From assembly GCA_963813025.1 (NCBI GenBank), contig CAWEXO010000014.1:64001-128000 (forward strand): a DNA stretch of 64,000 nt. Direction: 5' to 3'. The stretch comes from an uncultured Verrucomicrobiae bacterium. Lineage in GTDB: Bacteria; Verrucomicrobiota; Verrucomicrobiia; Chthoniobacterales; JAFAMB01. Shown piece by piece: positions 30,712 to 40,751 of the stretch (position 1 is the stretch's first letter; each line of letters begins with the position of its first letter). Below the pieces are notes generated by a model. It saw nothing but the letters and a program-made list of their open reading frames with translations, was not told the DNA's origin and did not search any database. Position numbers and translations under genes: made by a program.

Positions 30712-30770
30712 CCGATCACGTGGTGGCGTACCACAGATTTCCAAAGTCCGACACGCCCATCCTACCAATC

Positions 30771-32144
30771 TTATTCCGGAGGCGCTTGATTCAACTTGTT
30801 CCGCAGGGTCCGGATGCTGATACCGAGCATTTGCGCAGCCTGTGTCCGGTTTCCGCCCGCCTTCTGGAGGATGTGGTGGATGTACTGACGCTCAATCTTT
30901 TCCAGCGGCAGGATTTGCTCCGGGAAGGTTAGCGCGTCTGCCTCGATTGTGCCGCTGGCCAGCTTTGTCCGGAGACTCACCGGGAAAAGGGGTGCGAGAA
31001 CTGCCGCCGTAATCGGTTGGCCCGATTCCGCCAGAATAACCGCCCGCTCGATGACGTTCTGTAACTCACGGACATTCCCCGGCCAATCGTAGGCGCTCAA
31101 CAGCCGGATTGCATCCGCCGAAATAGTGGGAGGCCGGACGCCGTGCTTGCGGGAAATGCGCTCGAGGAATAGCCCGGTGAGTTGGGATATGTCCTGTTTC
31201 CGTTGCCGCAAGGGCGGAACAAAAACGGGGAAAACATTTAATCGGTAATAAAGGTCCTGGCGAAACTCACCGCGTTTGACAGACTCCTCCAGATTGCGAT
31301 TGGTCGTGGCAAGCACGCGCACGTTCACCCGCAAAGTCCGGTTGCCGCCGACTCTCTCAAATTCCCGTTCCTGCAGAACCCGCAACAGCTTGGCCTGCAG
31401 TTTCAGCGATACCTCACTGATCTCGTCGAGCAGGATCGTGCCGTTGTTGGCTAGCTCGAAGCGCCCTTCCCTCTTTTCGCTCGCTCCGGTGAAGGAGCCC
31501 TTTTCGTGACCAAAGAATTCACTTTCGATGAGAGTCTCCGAAATAGCCGCGCAATTGACCTTGATGAATGGTTGCTTGTTCCGGCCACTGGCTCGGAAAA
31601 TTTCCCTCGCGACCAACTCCTTGCCGGTCCCATTCTCGCCAATAATTAAAACCGTGGCTTCAGTCGGCGCGACCTTTTGGATCATCTGACGCATCTGCCG
31701 GATAGGCTCGGTTTCACCAATGAGCGGCGCGGAATCGGCGGCTTGATCAATCAGCACCTCGTTAATCCGGATTGCTTGCGTGAAATTGTCCGCTTTCCGA
31801 ATGATGACGTCGATCTGGCTGGTCGTGAATGGCTTGATGATATAGTCGAACGCGCCAGCCCGAATGCAGGTAACGGCGGCCTCAATCGTGCCGTAACCCG
31901 TCATCATCACCATCAGCGGTCGATGGGGAGCAACCGCCAATCGGTTCAGGAGGTCGGTTCCATCGCCGTCCGGCAGGCGAATATCAACAAACATGAGATC
32001 AAACGTGTCGCCGGCAATACAGCGTTCGGCTTCACTGATCGAGGTGCAAACCGAGACGGCAAGACGTTTACTCTTAAGTTGTAGCTCCAGAGAGCGGCAA
32101 ACGATCGGATCGTCATCGATGACGACCACCTTTTCAATAGCCAT
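30771..32144 (-). CDS. Sigma54-dependent response regulator (REC-AAA+-HTH, NtrC family)
   Basis: VIDDD, GENGTGKE, GSFTGA, WPGNVREL, C-terminal Fis HTH. Confidence 0.96.
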   Translation of the reverse strand: MAIEKVVVIDDDPIVCRSLELQLKSKRLAVSVCTSISEAERCIAGDTFDLMFVDIRLPDGDGTDLLNRLAVAPHRPLMVMMTGYGTIEAAVTCIRAGAFDYIIKPFTTSQIDVIIRKADNFTQAIRINEVLIDQAADSAPLIGETEPIRQMRQMIQKVAPTEATVLIIGENGTGKELVAREIFRASGRNKQPFIKVNCAAISETLIESEFFGHEKGSFTGASEKREGRFELANNGTILLDEISEVSLKLQAKLLRVLQEREFERVGGNRTLRVNVRVLATTNRNLEESVKRGEFRQDLYYRLNVFPVFVPPLRQRKQDISQLTGLFLERISRKHGVRPPTISADAIRLLSAYDWPGNVRELQNVIERAVILAESGQPITAAVLAPLFPVSLRTKLASGTIEADALTFPEQILPLEKIERQYIHHILQKAGGNRTQAAQMLGISIRTLRNKLNQAPPE

Positions 32145-32363
32145 AACTGTTAGAACTTAACGCTACTGCACTGTCTCATATATACCGATGAAGTCGTTGC
32201 GTCCAAAATGGGCCGCCGGCAAGGCGGTCTCCCGAATTCCTTCGCCAAGGCGGTTTTCCCGCCCTAAGCTGCCGGCAAGCTGCTTCCGTTTCGCCGTCTC
32301 TTTTGTACGAAGACAAAAGTCCGTCTAAACTTAGCCAGCGCAGCGTCGATACCCTAAGAAACT

Positions 32364-32591
32364 GTGCTTGTGCTTGCGACCAGAAACAATCCCGAACACC
32401 CTGCTACTCGGTTGAGCAGCGGGTCGGTACCTCGAAACTGGCGTTTCGCCCCGCGACCTTCGACGGACTGGCCGCCTCCAGCGCCTCTCGATCGAACGCC
32501 CGGTGGGCTGGCGAGCGATCCGGATTATCCGAGCGAGGAGGTCCTGGAGCGTGTCGCTGCACGGTTGTTTGAAATTTTCCTGGCGCCCTGA
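32364..32591 (+). CDS. Possible small hypothetical protein
   Basis: 75-aa ORF ending DPDYPSEEVLERVAARLFEIFL; start uncertain. Confidence 0.3.
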   Translation: MLVLATRNNPEHPATRLSSGSVPRNWRFAPRPSTDWPPPAPLDRTPGGLASDPDYPSEEVLERVAARLFEIFLAP

Positions 32592-32681
32592 AGAGGCTGG
32601 TCGGCAAGTTCACCGGTGGATTAAGATTTGGCAGCCACACTCGGCTGGTCGGCGAAATGTTTCGGAAAAGAAGCGTGAACT

Positions 32682-33326
32682 GTGGGGAACAAGCACAAAT
32701 TGCAAACTAGGGAAACAGCGCGGGAAAGGTATCTGAGCTTTCTGCTCGACCGGCTTAATCACGACTTGAGCAACTCGGTGGGGGGCATCTTCTCGCTCGC
32801 GGATCATCATCTCCGAACTGGATCTGACGATCGCCAGAGCTTGGACGAAAGTCTGAAACTTATTTATCGCAGCTGCGAGGAATCACGGCGGCTGCTGCTG
32901 TTAATCGGCGAACTGCTGCAGCCGGCTGATTGCGAAATCGAGCTTTTTCGTCTTTCGACGCTAGCCAGAGAAGTGGCGGAGACGTTGAAGGTCGTTCTTC
33001 CGCGAAGCATTCAACTGCGTCAGTCATTTTCCAACCAGGACGGCGGTGTGTTCGTCAACCGTGCTCTTCTGATGCGAGCTTTCGTTGAGCTGGCGAGTTT
33101 AACCCTTCCGGAAGAGCGCTCCAAAGTAAGCGCGATCAGCTGCGACGCTCTGGTGGAAGAGAAAACGGCGACTTTTCATTACGAGTCTGACGTTCCCGCG
33201 AGTGCCGAACTCATCGGCCAAGTGCGAACACTTTTCGGAAAAATGCTTGAACCTGGCCAAATTGATTTTCCGGAGAAGCACGGCAACTTCAACCTGCGTT
33301 TACACTTTCCGCTGGTGCAGATTTGA
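32682..33326 (+). CDS. Histidine kinase-like protein (H-box, degenerate ATPase domain)
   Basis: RLNHDLSNSVGGI H-box; no clear N-box, DxGxG or GxGLG. Confidence 0.65.
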   Translation: MGNKHKLQTRETARERYLSFLLDRLNHDLSNSVGGIFSLADHHLRTGSDDRQSLDESLKLIYRSCEESRRLLLLIGELLQPADCEIELFRLSTLAREVAETLKVVLPRSIQLRQSFSNQDGGVFVNRALLMRAFVELASLTLPEERSKVSAISCDALVEEKTATFHYESDVPASAELIGQVRTLFGKMLEPGQIDFPEKHGNFNLRLHFPLVQI

Positions 33327-33512
33327 GTGGCATCGCGGTCAGTCTGGTGTGTCGTGGAGTGCGCGCGACCTTCCTTGGCCTGCGCGGTGCTCGGCTACGG
33401 CGCGGCAGGCCTTGTTTCCGCTTTCGGACAGCACGGAGATGGTGCGCCGGAACCGGAAGAGTTAGCAGCTTTGATCGGCTCGGTGTATATGTTCGCAGCA
33501 AGGGATTGGTGA

Positions 33513-34352
33513 ATGGCTCTAACCCCGCTGGTCTTGGTTGTGGACGATGATCGGGTGGTGCTCCACGCGCTCCAGGAGCAGCTCGCCAGGGACGCCTATC
33601 GAGTGGTTGCCTTGTCTCGGGTACTACCTGCGCTCGATCATCTCAGCCGGGAAACCTTTACGGTAATTCTCGCGGACCAGTTCATGCCGGGGATGTCCGG
33701 GCTGGAATTTCTGCGGAAGTGTCGTGAAATCCAGCCGCTTTGCACTCGGATTGCCATCACCGGATTGAATAGCCTTCCGGGAATACAGGACGCTCTGGCA
33801 AAAGGGCTCATCCATCGATTTCTCCTGAAACCTTGGAATCGCCTCGATCTCCTGCTTGCCTTGCGACAAGGCGTTGAGCGCTTCGAAACTCTGCAGGAGG
33901 TTGCCACCTTGTCACGTGAGAACAAGCGGCAAAGAGAGGAGCTGGCATCTCTCGTCTCCCGGCTGCGGGAGGCTGCGCCTCATCTGATCGGAGGAATGAC
34001 TGCTCCCGCCGCGACGGGCCCAGACCTTTTCGATCAGGTGTCCGGCGAAGCGTGCGAATCACCGAAACAAAGCCGGGCTTCCGAGCCGGCCAAGGATAAG
34101 GACGCTGCCAGCGCCCTCGAACAGACGGTTCACGATTTCAGAAATCACCTGGCGTCCATTTTGAGTTATACCGAGCTCGTTCTTGCGCGGCCAGACTTGC
34201 TCTCAGACCGGGAAAAAATTCTAGGCTACCTGGACCTGATACGGACCGCCACCCTCGAAGCCCAGACCTCTCTGAATCGCCTGCAAGATAGTTTACCGGA
34301 TTCACCCGCGGAGTCCCAAATCAAGGCCGGCCTTTCCGCTAAAGCCGTTTAA
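33513..34352 (+). CDS. Response regulator receiver + coiled coil + HisKA helix pair
   Basis: VVDDD, ADQFMPGMSG, LLKPW; VHDFRNHLASIL near the C-terminus. Confidence 0.85.
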   Translation: MALTPLVLVVDDDRVVLHALQEQLARDAYRVVALSRVLPALDHLSRETFTVILADQFMPGMSGLEFLRKCREIQPLCTRIAITGLNSLPGIQDALAKGLIHRFLLKPWNRLDLLLALRQGVERFETLQEVATLSRENKRQREELASLVSRLREAAPHLIGGMTAPAATGPDLFDQVSGEACESPKQSRASEPAKDKDAASALEQTVHDFRNHLASILSYTELVLARPDLLSDREKILGYLDLIRTATLEAQTSLNRLQDSLPDSPAESQIKAGLSAKAV

Positions 34353-35859
34353 GCTCGGGTAGCGAATACACTTTCTGCAGGTTGGGCGCGTCGGCGATCA
34401 CCTGTTGCGCATCGAGATAAATTTCGTGCGGATCCTCATCAAACTCGATCCGATGAAACCCGTTTTCCGGTTGTTGCGCAGCGCGCGCGAAGTCATCCAG
34501 GCTACGGATCGGGACGCCGTTTAACTTGGTAACCACGAGATAGTTGAGCTGTTCGTACCCGACAATATCCTGGGTGGGCAGGATCTGGCTCAGGATGACG
34601 ATCTTGCGCGGCTGCCGAAACAGCTCGGACTGGAACCGGTCATAGTAGACCAGCCGTTGCGGGGCTTCTTTCACCCAATTGCTGCCCCATTCCCGGAGAT
34701 ACGAACCGGACAATTCCTGGAACACCAGTCCACCGAGGACAAAATATTTCGGAGCATGTCCGTCGTTATAGGGTGGCACGACGTAGTCCTCCGGAGCGAT
34801 GCGCGAGAGGGTAATCGGGAGTTCCCGGCGTTCGCCGTTCCGCACAATGGTCATCCTGATATTGTCGCCGCAATAGCCGCCGGTTGTTGTCAGATTGACC
34901 AGCGCCACTTTGCCGTAAAGCGGGTCGTTATAATTCCCATCGGCGTCGATCGCTTGATCACCAACCGCAACCAGGATATCGCCCGCCTGCAGACTGGCTT
35001 TCGCGGCCGGCCCATTATACTCCACCTGGTTGACGTAGACACCGCCATCGGATTCTTTGAGACCAGCAAATCGTCGAAGTTGCGGATCGCGGGTCGGCGA
35101 AAAGCTAATGCCAACATGTGGAAAGCCCTGATAGGGCAATCGCTCGGTATCCCGCAAGAAGTGCTCAATGACCGGGCTGGGAATTGCGTCAACTGTTTGC
35201 GAGCGCGGGTCATAGCGCATCAGGAATCCTGCGAGTTTGTTATCCTTGACCAGGGGAAGCGTGAAGCTGTTCTCCCGGTACTGAAGCGGACAACTCAGTC
35301 GAAATAGTAAGAAATCCGTGTCCTCCAACACGTAACGTCCAACATCCACACTGGTTAGCAAAGCCTGCGTCGAGACTGGGGTCCCGTTGGCCTCGAGCTG
35401 GAGCAGGGCGAGGTGATCACCAGTTTTTACTTTGGTGTCGAGCTCAAGTGGTTGAAAATTGCTGATAAATTGGGGATCTGTCGGCTTGAGCGTGGCCAGG
35501 TTCGCTTCGCGATCGATGACCTCAACCTGCGCGGTGGATTTTTCACCTCCATCAGGACGCTCCAGCTCGATATAAGTGCTGTCATCAACGAGCTGCGCCG
35601 TAACAAGGATTTTTCCGCCATCAACGAAAACCCCAAGTCCGCGGCGATTAATGGGCGCTTTCTTACTCCACGGTCGGAAGAAATCGTACGATTGATTGGT
35701 CGAGTTCACCCGGACCACCGAACTTTTCTGGACGGGGGAAACCGTCTGTACTTTCGCGGTGAGCGGCGGGGGAGCTGCCGACGGCGTCGGCGTCGGTGCT
35801 GCGGCCAGCGCCAGCGAACTTCCTGCGAAGGTCAAGAAAGTCAGAATGTGCATCTTCAT
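34339..35859 (-). CDS. Deg/HtrA-like PDZ protein, catalytic residues missing
   Basis: Signal peptide; VTAQLV in place of TNAHV, no GNSGG; PDZ (AGDILVAVG). Confidence 0.85.
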   Translation of the reverse strand: MKMHILTFLTFAGSSLALAAAPTPTPSAAPPPLTAKVQTVSPVQKSSVVRVNSTNQSYDFFRPWSKKAPINRRGLGVFVDGGKILVTAQLVDDSTYIELERPDGGEKSTAQVEVIDREANLATLKPTDPQFISNFQPLELDTKVKTGDHLALLQLEANGTPVSTQALLTSVDVGRYVLEDTDFLLFRLSCPLQYRENSFTLPLVKDNKLAGFLMRYDPRSQTVDAIPSPVIEHFLRDTERLPYQGFPHVGISFSPTRDPQLRRFAGLKESDGGVYVNQVEYNGPAAKASLQAGDILVAVGDQAIDADGNYNDPLYGKVALVNLTTTGGYCGDNIRMTIVRNGERRELPITLSRIAPEDYVVPPYNDGHAPKYFVLGGLVFQELSGSYLREWGSNWVKEAPQRLVYYDRFQSELFRQPRKIVILSQILPTQDIVGYEQLNYLVVTKLNGVPIRSLDDFARAAQQPENGFHRIEFDEDPHEIYLDAQQVIADAPNLQKVYSLPELKRL

Positions 35860-37323
35860 AATACTGCTCCCGCGCCCAGATTCTGTTCGATCCGAACGTT
35901 GTAATTTGCCAGGATGCGTTTGCGCGCTTCCTGGACTGCCTGGCTTTCCAGGACAGCCGGCCGGGTTCCTCCGACGAACTTCACGATGTAATACTGAGCG
36001 GGTTTGCTCAAAGCCGAGGCGACATCATTCAAGGTGCGGATCTTTTGATCATTGATCTGATCCACGATCTGGTAGCGAAAGTCTGAAAAATAAGCATTGA
36101 TCGGATCCGGCAGGATATTTGACAAAACAATCACTTCCGGATGTTTCAGATAGATTTCGTCTGTGACAAAATAGTCGTAAAAATACCGGAGGCGGAGATC
36201 GTCGACCTGGTAGGCTTCCATGAAGTTTCGCGACAGCGGTTGAAAGAGAAGCCCGGCGAACAGCACGAAACGCGGATACTCATCATAGTGCTCCGCTTGC
36301 ATCAGGTACGGCTCATTTGGTTCCAAGGTCACCTCCACATTCATGGGCTCTTTGTCTCGCAAAATGCCGAAGTTTACTTTGTCGTCCTTCAGTTTGCGCT
36401 CGACGACCTCCGACATGTCGAGACGGGTGCCATCCAATTGCACAAAGCCGTCACTGGCAATCGGGTTCCCGTCGATCGTCGAAAAGTACGTCTCCCTGCC
36501 GGAGTTTGCCGTCGCAGGAGCCCCCGGCTGAGACTGTACTGACCATGACGCCCCGATCATCATCACTCAGACCCAGGGCCCGTCGTTCTGCGCTATTCAC
36601 CAGTTTCTGGTAAGTGATCGAGAGGTCGACATAACGATCGTAATGGCCATGAGCGATATCGTTGAGAAAACGCTCGATCACCGGGGTCGGAATCATGTAG
36701 CCGACGTTCTGTGCTACTTCTCCGGAATACCCCTGAAAGGCCACTCCGATCACTTTTCCATTTTGGAGGACCGGGCCGCCGGAATTACCGGGGTTGATTG
36801 CCGCGGAAATCTGAACTGCCAGATGGGTGTCCACACCCGAGTGTGTATAAACCTGGAAGTCAATCCGGGAGACGATGCCTTGAGTCACGGACATACGTTC
36901 TCCGCCGATCGGGTAACCGAAAACCTCCACGGACGACTCGATCTCGGGCAGATCCCCCAGCGTCAGCGGGATGGTATTCTTGAAAAAGCTCGGGTCGCTC
37001 ACTTTGAGAACCGCAAGATCGCAGTCGTGGCCGACAAACTGCACGGTAGCGACGTATCGGCGCGGGTCGTCTTCTTTCTCCAGGGTAATAAATCGTGAGT
37101 TGCTGACAACATGGGCGTTCGTCAGAATTCTTTGACCATCAATTACGAAACCGGCACCAACACCTCCGCCCACGTTACCGGGATTCCACGGGACCTTGTA
37201 ATCGGGCTCCTGGGAAGTGGTCGTGATCCGCACAAGACTTTTGCGGATCGCGGAAGCCGGCCCATTCTGGGCGAGCGCGTTCGTGGTGATAAGCAAAACG
37301 GCGAGAGCAATACTACGAATCAT
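35856..37323 (-). CDS. Deg/HtrA serine protease with PDZ domains, frameshifted at ~36483
   Basis: TNAHVV, DCDLAVL, NPGNSGGP; GDVL continues as STIDGNPIASDG in another frame. Confidence 0.9.
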
Positions 37324-37487
37324 CGTTATGAGCCGGGAAAGTGGACTAGAAGCGTGTTTGGTTCAATGGGCAAGGCAATTTACGTTCACGTTTCTGGTTT
37401 CTCGTTGCGCGACGGCGCGTCTGTGTCATGGAGAGCGACGCTCGATGCGACACGCGAAATGCAAAACGTGAACGCAAGACGTACCCT

Positions 37488-38612
37488 TCAGACGTTGAAC
37501 CTGAACTCCAGCACGTCGCCGTCCTGCACAACGTATTCTTTGCCCTCGACCCGGAGCTTGCCGGCTTCCCGGGCCCGCGCGAAAGAACCTAATTCTACCA
37601 GATCGTGGTAGTGCACCGTTTCGGCCGCGATGAATCCGCGTTGAAAATCTGAGTGAATGACCCCGGCGGCTGCGTGAGCTTTATCGCCGGAGTGAATCGT
37701 CCAGGCCCGCGTCTCTTTTTCGCCCGTGGTGAAATAGGTACGCAAACCGAGAAGATGATAGACGGCGCGAATCAGTGATCCGACACCGCTTTCCTGTAGT
37801 CCCAATCCAGATAAATACTCCTGCGCTTCGGATGGAGAGAGATCGATCAATTCACTTTCGATCTGCGCACTGATAACGACTGCTTCGGTTCCGAGGTGAG
37901 TCTTGACGTAGTCCTGCACCGCCGCCGTATGCCGGGCCGCGGGAGCGTCGGTCTTCTGCGCTAATGCTGCCGCCAGATCGCCTTCAGCCACGTTGCACGC
38001 GAAAATCGTCGGCTTCGCCGTCAGCAGAGAAAACGATCGGAGGAGGTGCTTTTCTTCTGGAGTCGTCGGCAGAGTAATGGCTGGACGCTCCTCATTGAGA
38101 AAGGGTAACAGCCGCTCCATCAATGCCGCTTCAGTCCTGGCCTGTTTGTCGCCACTCCGGATCTGTTTTTGCATGCGGTCGAGTCGCTTGGTCAGACTCG
38201 CGAGATCGGCCAGAACCAGTTCGGTGTTGACGATCTCGATGTCCCGAATCGGGTCAATCGAGCCGGTCACGTGGTGGATGTCGGGGTTTTCGAAACAGCG
38301 GACGACCTGCACAATGGCATCGACTTCCCGGATATGACTGAGGAACTGGTTTCCCAGTCCTTCGCCCTGGCTGGCCCCTTTGACGAGTCCCGCGATGTCG
38401 ACAAACTCAATGGCCGCCGCGATTGTCTTTTGCGACTTTGAAAGTGTGGTTAGGACCGTCAGCCGATCATCCGGTACGAGTACCACCCCCTGGTTGGGAT
38501 CAATCGTGCAGAATGGATAATTAGCCGCTTCGGCTTTCCGGGTCCGGGTGACGGCATTGAACAACGTTGACTTCCCCACATTCGGCAACCCAACTACTCC
38601 GGCGCTTAACAT
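37488..38612 (-). CDS. ychF: Redox-regulated ATPase YchF
   Basis: GLPNVGKST, NYPFCTI, DIAGLV, EGKEYVVQDGD. Confidence 0.98.
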   Translation of the reverse strand: MLSAGVVGLPNVGKSTLFNAVTRTRKAEAANYPFCTIDPNQGVVLVPDDRLTVLTTLSKSQKTIAAAIEFVDIAGLVKGASQGEGLGNQFLSHIREVDAIVQVVRCFENPDIHHVTGSIDPIRDIEIVNTELVLADLASLTKRLDRMQKQIRSGDKQARTEAALMERLLPFLNEERPAITLPTTPEEKHLLRSFSLLTAKPTIFACNVAEGDLAAALAQKTDAPAARHTAAVQDYVKTHLGTEAVVISAQIESELIDLSPSEAQEYLSGLGLQESGVGSLIRAVYHLLGLRTYFTTGEKETRAWTIHSGDKAHAAAGVIHSDFQRGFIAAETVHYHDLVELGSFARAREAGKLRVEGKEYVVQDGDVLEFRFNV

Positions 38613-38705
38613 AGTCCGTCGTACTTATTCCATTGTCGGAGCGATTCACCTGAAATCTTGACTTTTAAGCCACACTTTCTAGGCTCGTCAGTCTGACTGA
38701 AATTT

Positions 38706-39107
38706 ATGGCTGACACTATCTCGTCGTCTCCGACCGGAAGCGATACCGGGTTACCTTCCAACGTGGGTGGGGGTTTGTGCGCGATTTTTGTTCTGATCGC
38801 TGGCATCATCTTCTATTTTGTCGAAAAACGTGACCAGTTCATCCGGCACTGGTCGGTGCAGTCCATTTATTTCGGGGGAACCTGGATCGCTTTTCGAATT
38901 GCTCTGGGAGTTTTGCAGGCGATCTTTCGTACTCTCCCGGGCATCGGTGGACTGATTAGCGCCTTACTCCTTCTGGTTGGTCTTGTCGGTGGCCTCGCGT
39001 TTCTCGTGCTCTGGATCATTGGCATTATCAAAGCCTTTCAAGGTGCCCGCTGGGAGTACCCGTTCATCTCGGAGCAGTGCAAAAGGCTGTTCCCGAATTT
39101 GGCCTGA
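38706..39107 (+). CDS. DUF4870-like membrane protein
   Basis: TGLPSNVGGGLC, EKRDQFIRHWSVQSI, KAFQGARWEYP. Confidence 0.8.
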   Translation: MADTISSSPTGSDTGLPSNVGGGLCAIFVLIAGIIFYFVEKRDQFIRHWSVQSIYFGGTWIAFRIALGVLQAIFRTLPGIGGLISALLLLVGLVGGLAFLVLWIIGIIKAFQGARWEYPFISEQCKRLFPNLA

Positions 39108-39305
39108 GGAGGTTTCACGTTTCGCGACGGAGCGGTCGCTAACGCGGAACTTGTCGCGCCGGAGCGCCTTAGCTGGCACGTAGCGTGGACGGCCCGTCCG
39201 CACTTTCGGAACCGTGCACGAGGCGATGGCTTCTTACGCAGCGCAGTCGGTCAGCAGCGGCATCGCAGAAACGTGAAACGCGATAGGCGAAACGTGAAAC
39301 GCCCC

Positions 39306-40118
39306 TCAACCTCGCACCGCGGCAACGAGCGGCGCGACCAGACCGGCAATCCGGTCCGCCAAATCTGCTTCCCTGCTGTATTCGCCAATCTTTCGAACGA
39401 TGGCGCTGCCTACCACGACCGCATCGGCCCATTGAGCAACCTGCTGGACCTGCGTGGGGTTTGAAATTCCGAATCCAACGGCCACCGGCAACTCTGAATA
39501 CTGGCGGATCTTGGCGACCTGCGCCTGAATACTGGGAGCCAAATCGGCGCGCTCTCCAGTTACGCCTTCGCGCGAAACGTAATAGATGAATCCGCTTGCC
39601 CGGGCGGCGATCCGGGCGAGTCGAAACTCAGGCGTCGTCGGCGCCACCAGGCGGATCCGATGCAGACGGTGCGGTTCCCGGTCCGGAATCAATTCTTCGT
39701 CGGGGGGCAGGTCAAGCAGCAGCAACCCATCTACGCCAGCGGCGCAGGCATCCCGATCAAATCGGTCGATAGTGTATTGCACAATCGGATTAAGGTAGCT
39801 GTAGAGAATAATTGGGACTGCGGTCTCTTTGCGGATCCGTGAAACAAGCAAGAGTATTTTCGGAAGAGTCGTGCCATTGAGGAGAGCGCGTTGCGCGCCC
39901 AGCTGGTTAGCGATTCCGTCGGCCAACGGATCGGAGAAGGGCACCCCGATTTCCAGGAAGTCGATCCCGGTTTTCGCAAGCTGAAGCGCGATCTCATAAC
40001 ACGTATCCAGGTCGGGATCGCCACCAGTGATGTAGGCCATGAACCCGCATCGGTGCTGCTTCCGGAGGTGGTCGAAGACCTGGTCGATGCGGTTCGCTGA
40101 AGAATCGTTAGAGTTCAC
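39306..40118 (-). CDS. trpA: Tryptophan synthase alpha chain
   Basis: EIGVPFSDPLADG, VSREGVTG, VGFGIS. Confidence 0.97.
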   Translation of the reverse strand: MNSNDSSANRIDQVFDHLRKQHRCGFMAYITGGDPDLDTCYEIALQLAKTGIDFLEIGVPFSDPLADGIANQLGAQRALLNGTTLPKILLLVSRIRKETAVPIILYSYLNPIVQYTIDRFDRDACAAGVDGLLLLDLPPDEELIPDREPHRLHRIRLVAPTTPEFRLARIAARASGFIYYVSREGVTGERADLAPSIQAQVAKIRQYSELPVAVGFGISNPTQVQQVAQWADAVVVGSAIVRKIGEYSREADLADRIAGLVAPLVAAVRG

Positions 40119-40507
40119 TCAAATATTCCGATAAGTCAAAACTGGTTTCTGCGATGGATAGCGATCATCCGACTCTTTTAGCAGCGAGGCAACCTTTTGC
40201 CGCGGTGCTTCTCGCCGGCGGCCGCTCGCGCCGAATGGGTCAAGATAAAGGTTTATTGCAGGCTAGTCTGGGCACAAACGTCCTGCCGCTCTGGAAACGG
40301 CAGATCTGCGTCCTGCGCAGTCTCGCTCCGGCCCGGGTAATCATTTCCGGAGAGCCCAAGCCGTACTACCCCGATGGAGTCGACCTTTTGATGGATAAGT
40401 GGACCAAAGCAGGTCCGCTGGGCGGCCTCGCGACCTGCCTGGAGGCAGTGACTCAGCCGTTCGCGCTGTTCTTGGCGATCGATTTGCCAATGATCAGCGC
40501 TGATTTT

Positions 40508-40629
40508 CTCCTAAGAAACTGGATAAGGCCGGTCTAATAAAGTTAGCTCTTCCTAAGAGCCAAACAGCCCCCAATCGAGAACTCGGATGGTTTCTTGCCG
40601 CAACAAGAACCCGCAGCGGTTCTGGGGAA
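40508..40629 (-). mobile_element. 122-bp non-autonomous IS110-derived mini-element, copy 1 (includes one CT/AG core)
   Basis: Reverse complement begins TTCCCCAGAACCGCTGCGGGTTCTTGTTGCGGCAAGAAAC (36/40 to 1244-1282) and ends AGTTTCTTAGGAG (13/13 to 4349-4361). Confidence 0.92.
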
Positions 40630-40751
40630 CTCCTAAGAAACTGGATAAGGCCGGTCTAATAAAGTTAGCTCTTCCTAAGAGCCAAACAGCCCCCAATCGA
40701 GAACTCGGATGGTTTCTTGCCGCAACAAGAACCCGCAGCGGTTCTGGGGAA
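40630..40751 (-). mobile_element. 122-bp IS110-derived mini-element, copy 2 (identical tandem copy; closing core at 40752-40753)
   Basis: Base-for-base identical to 40508-40629. Confidence 0.9.
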
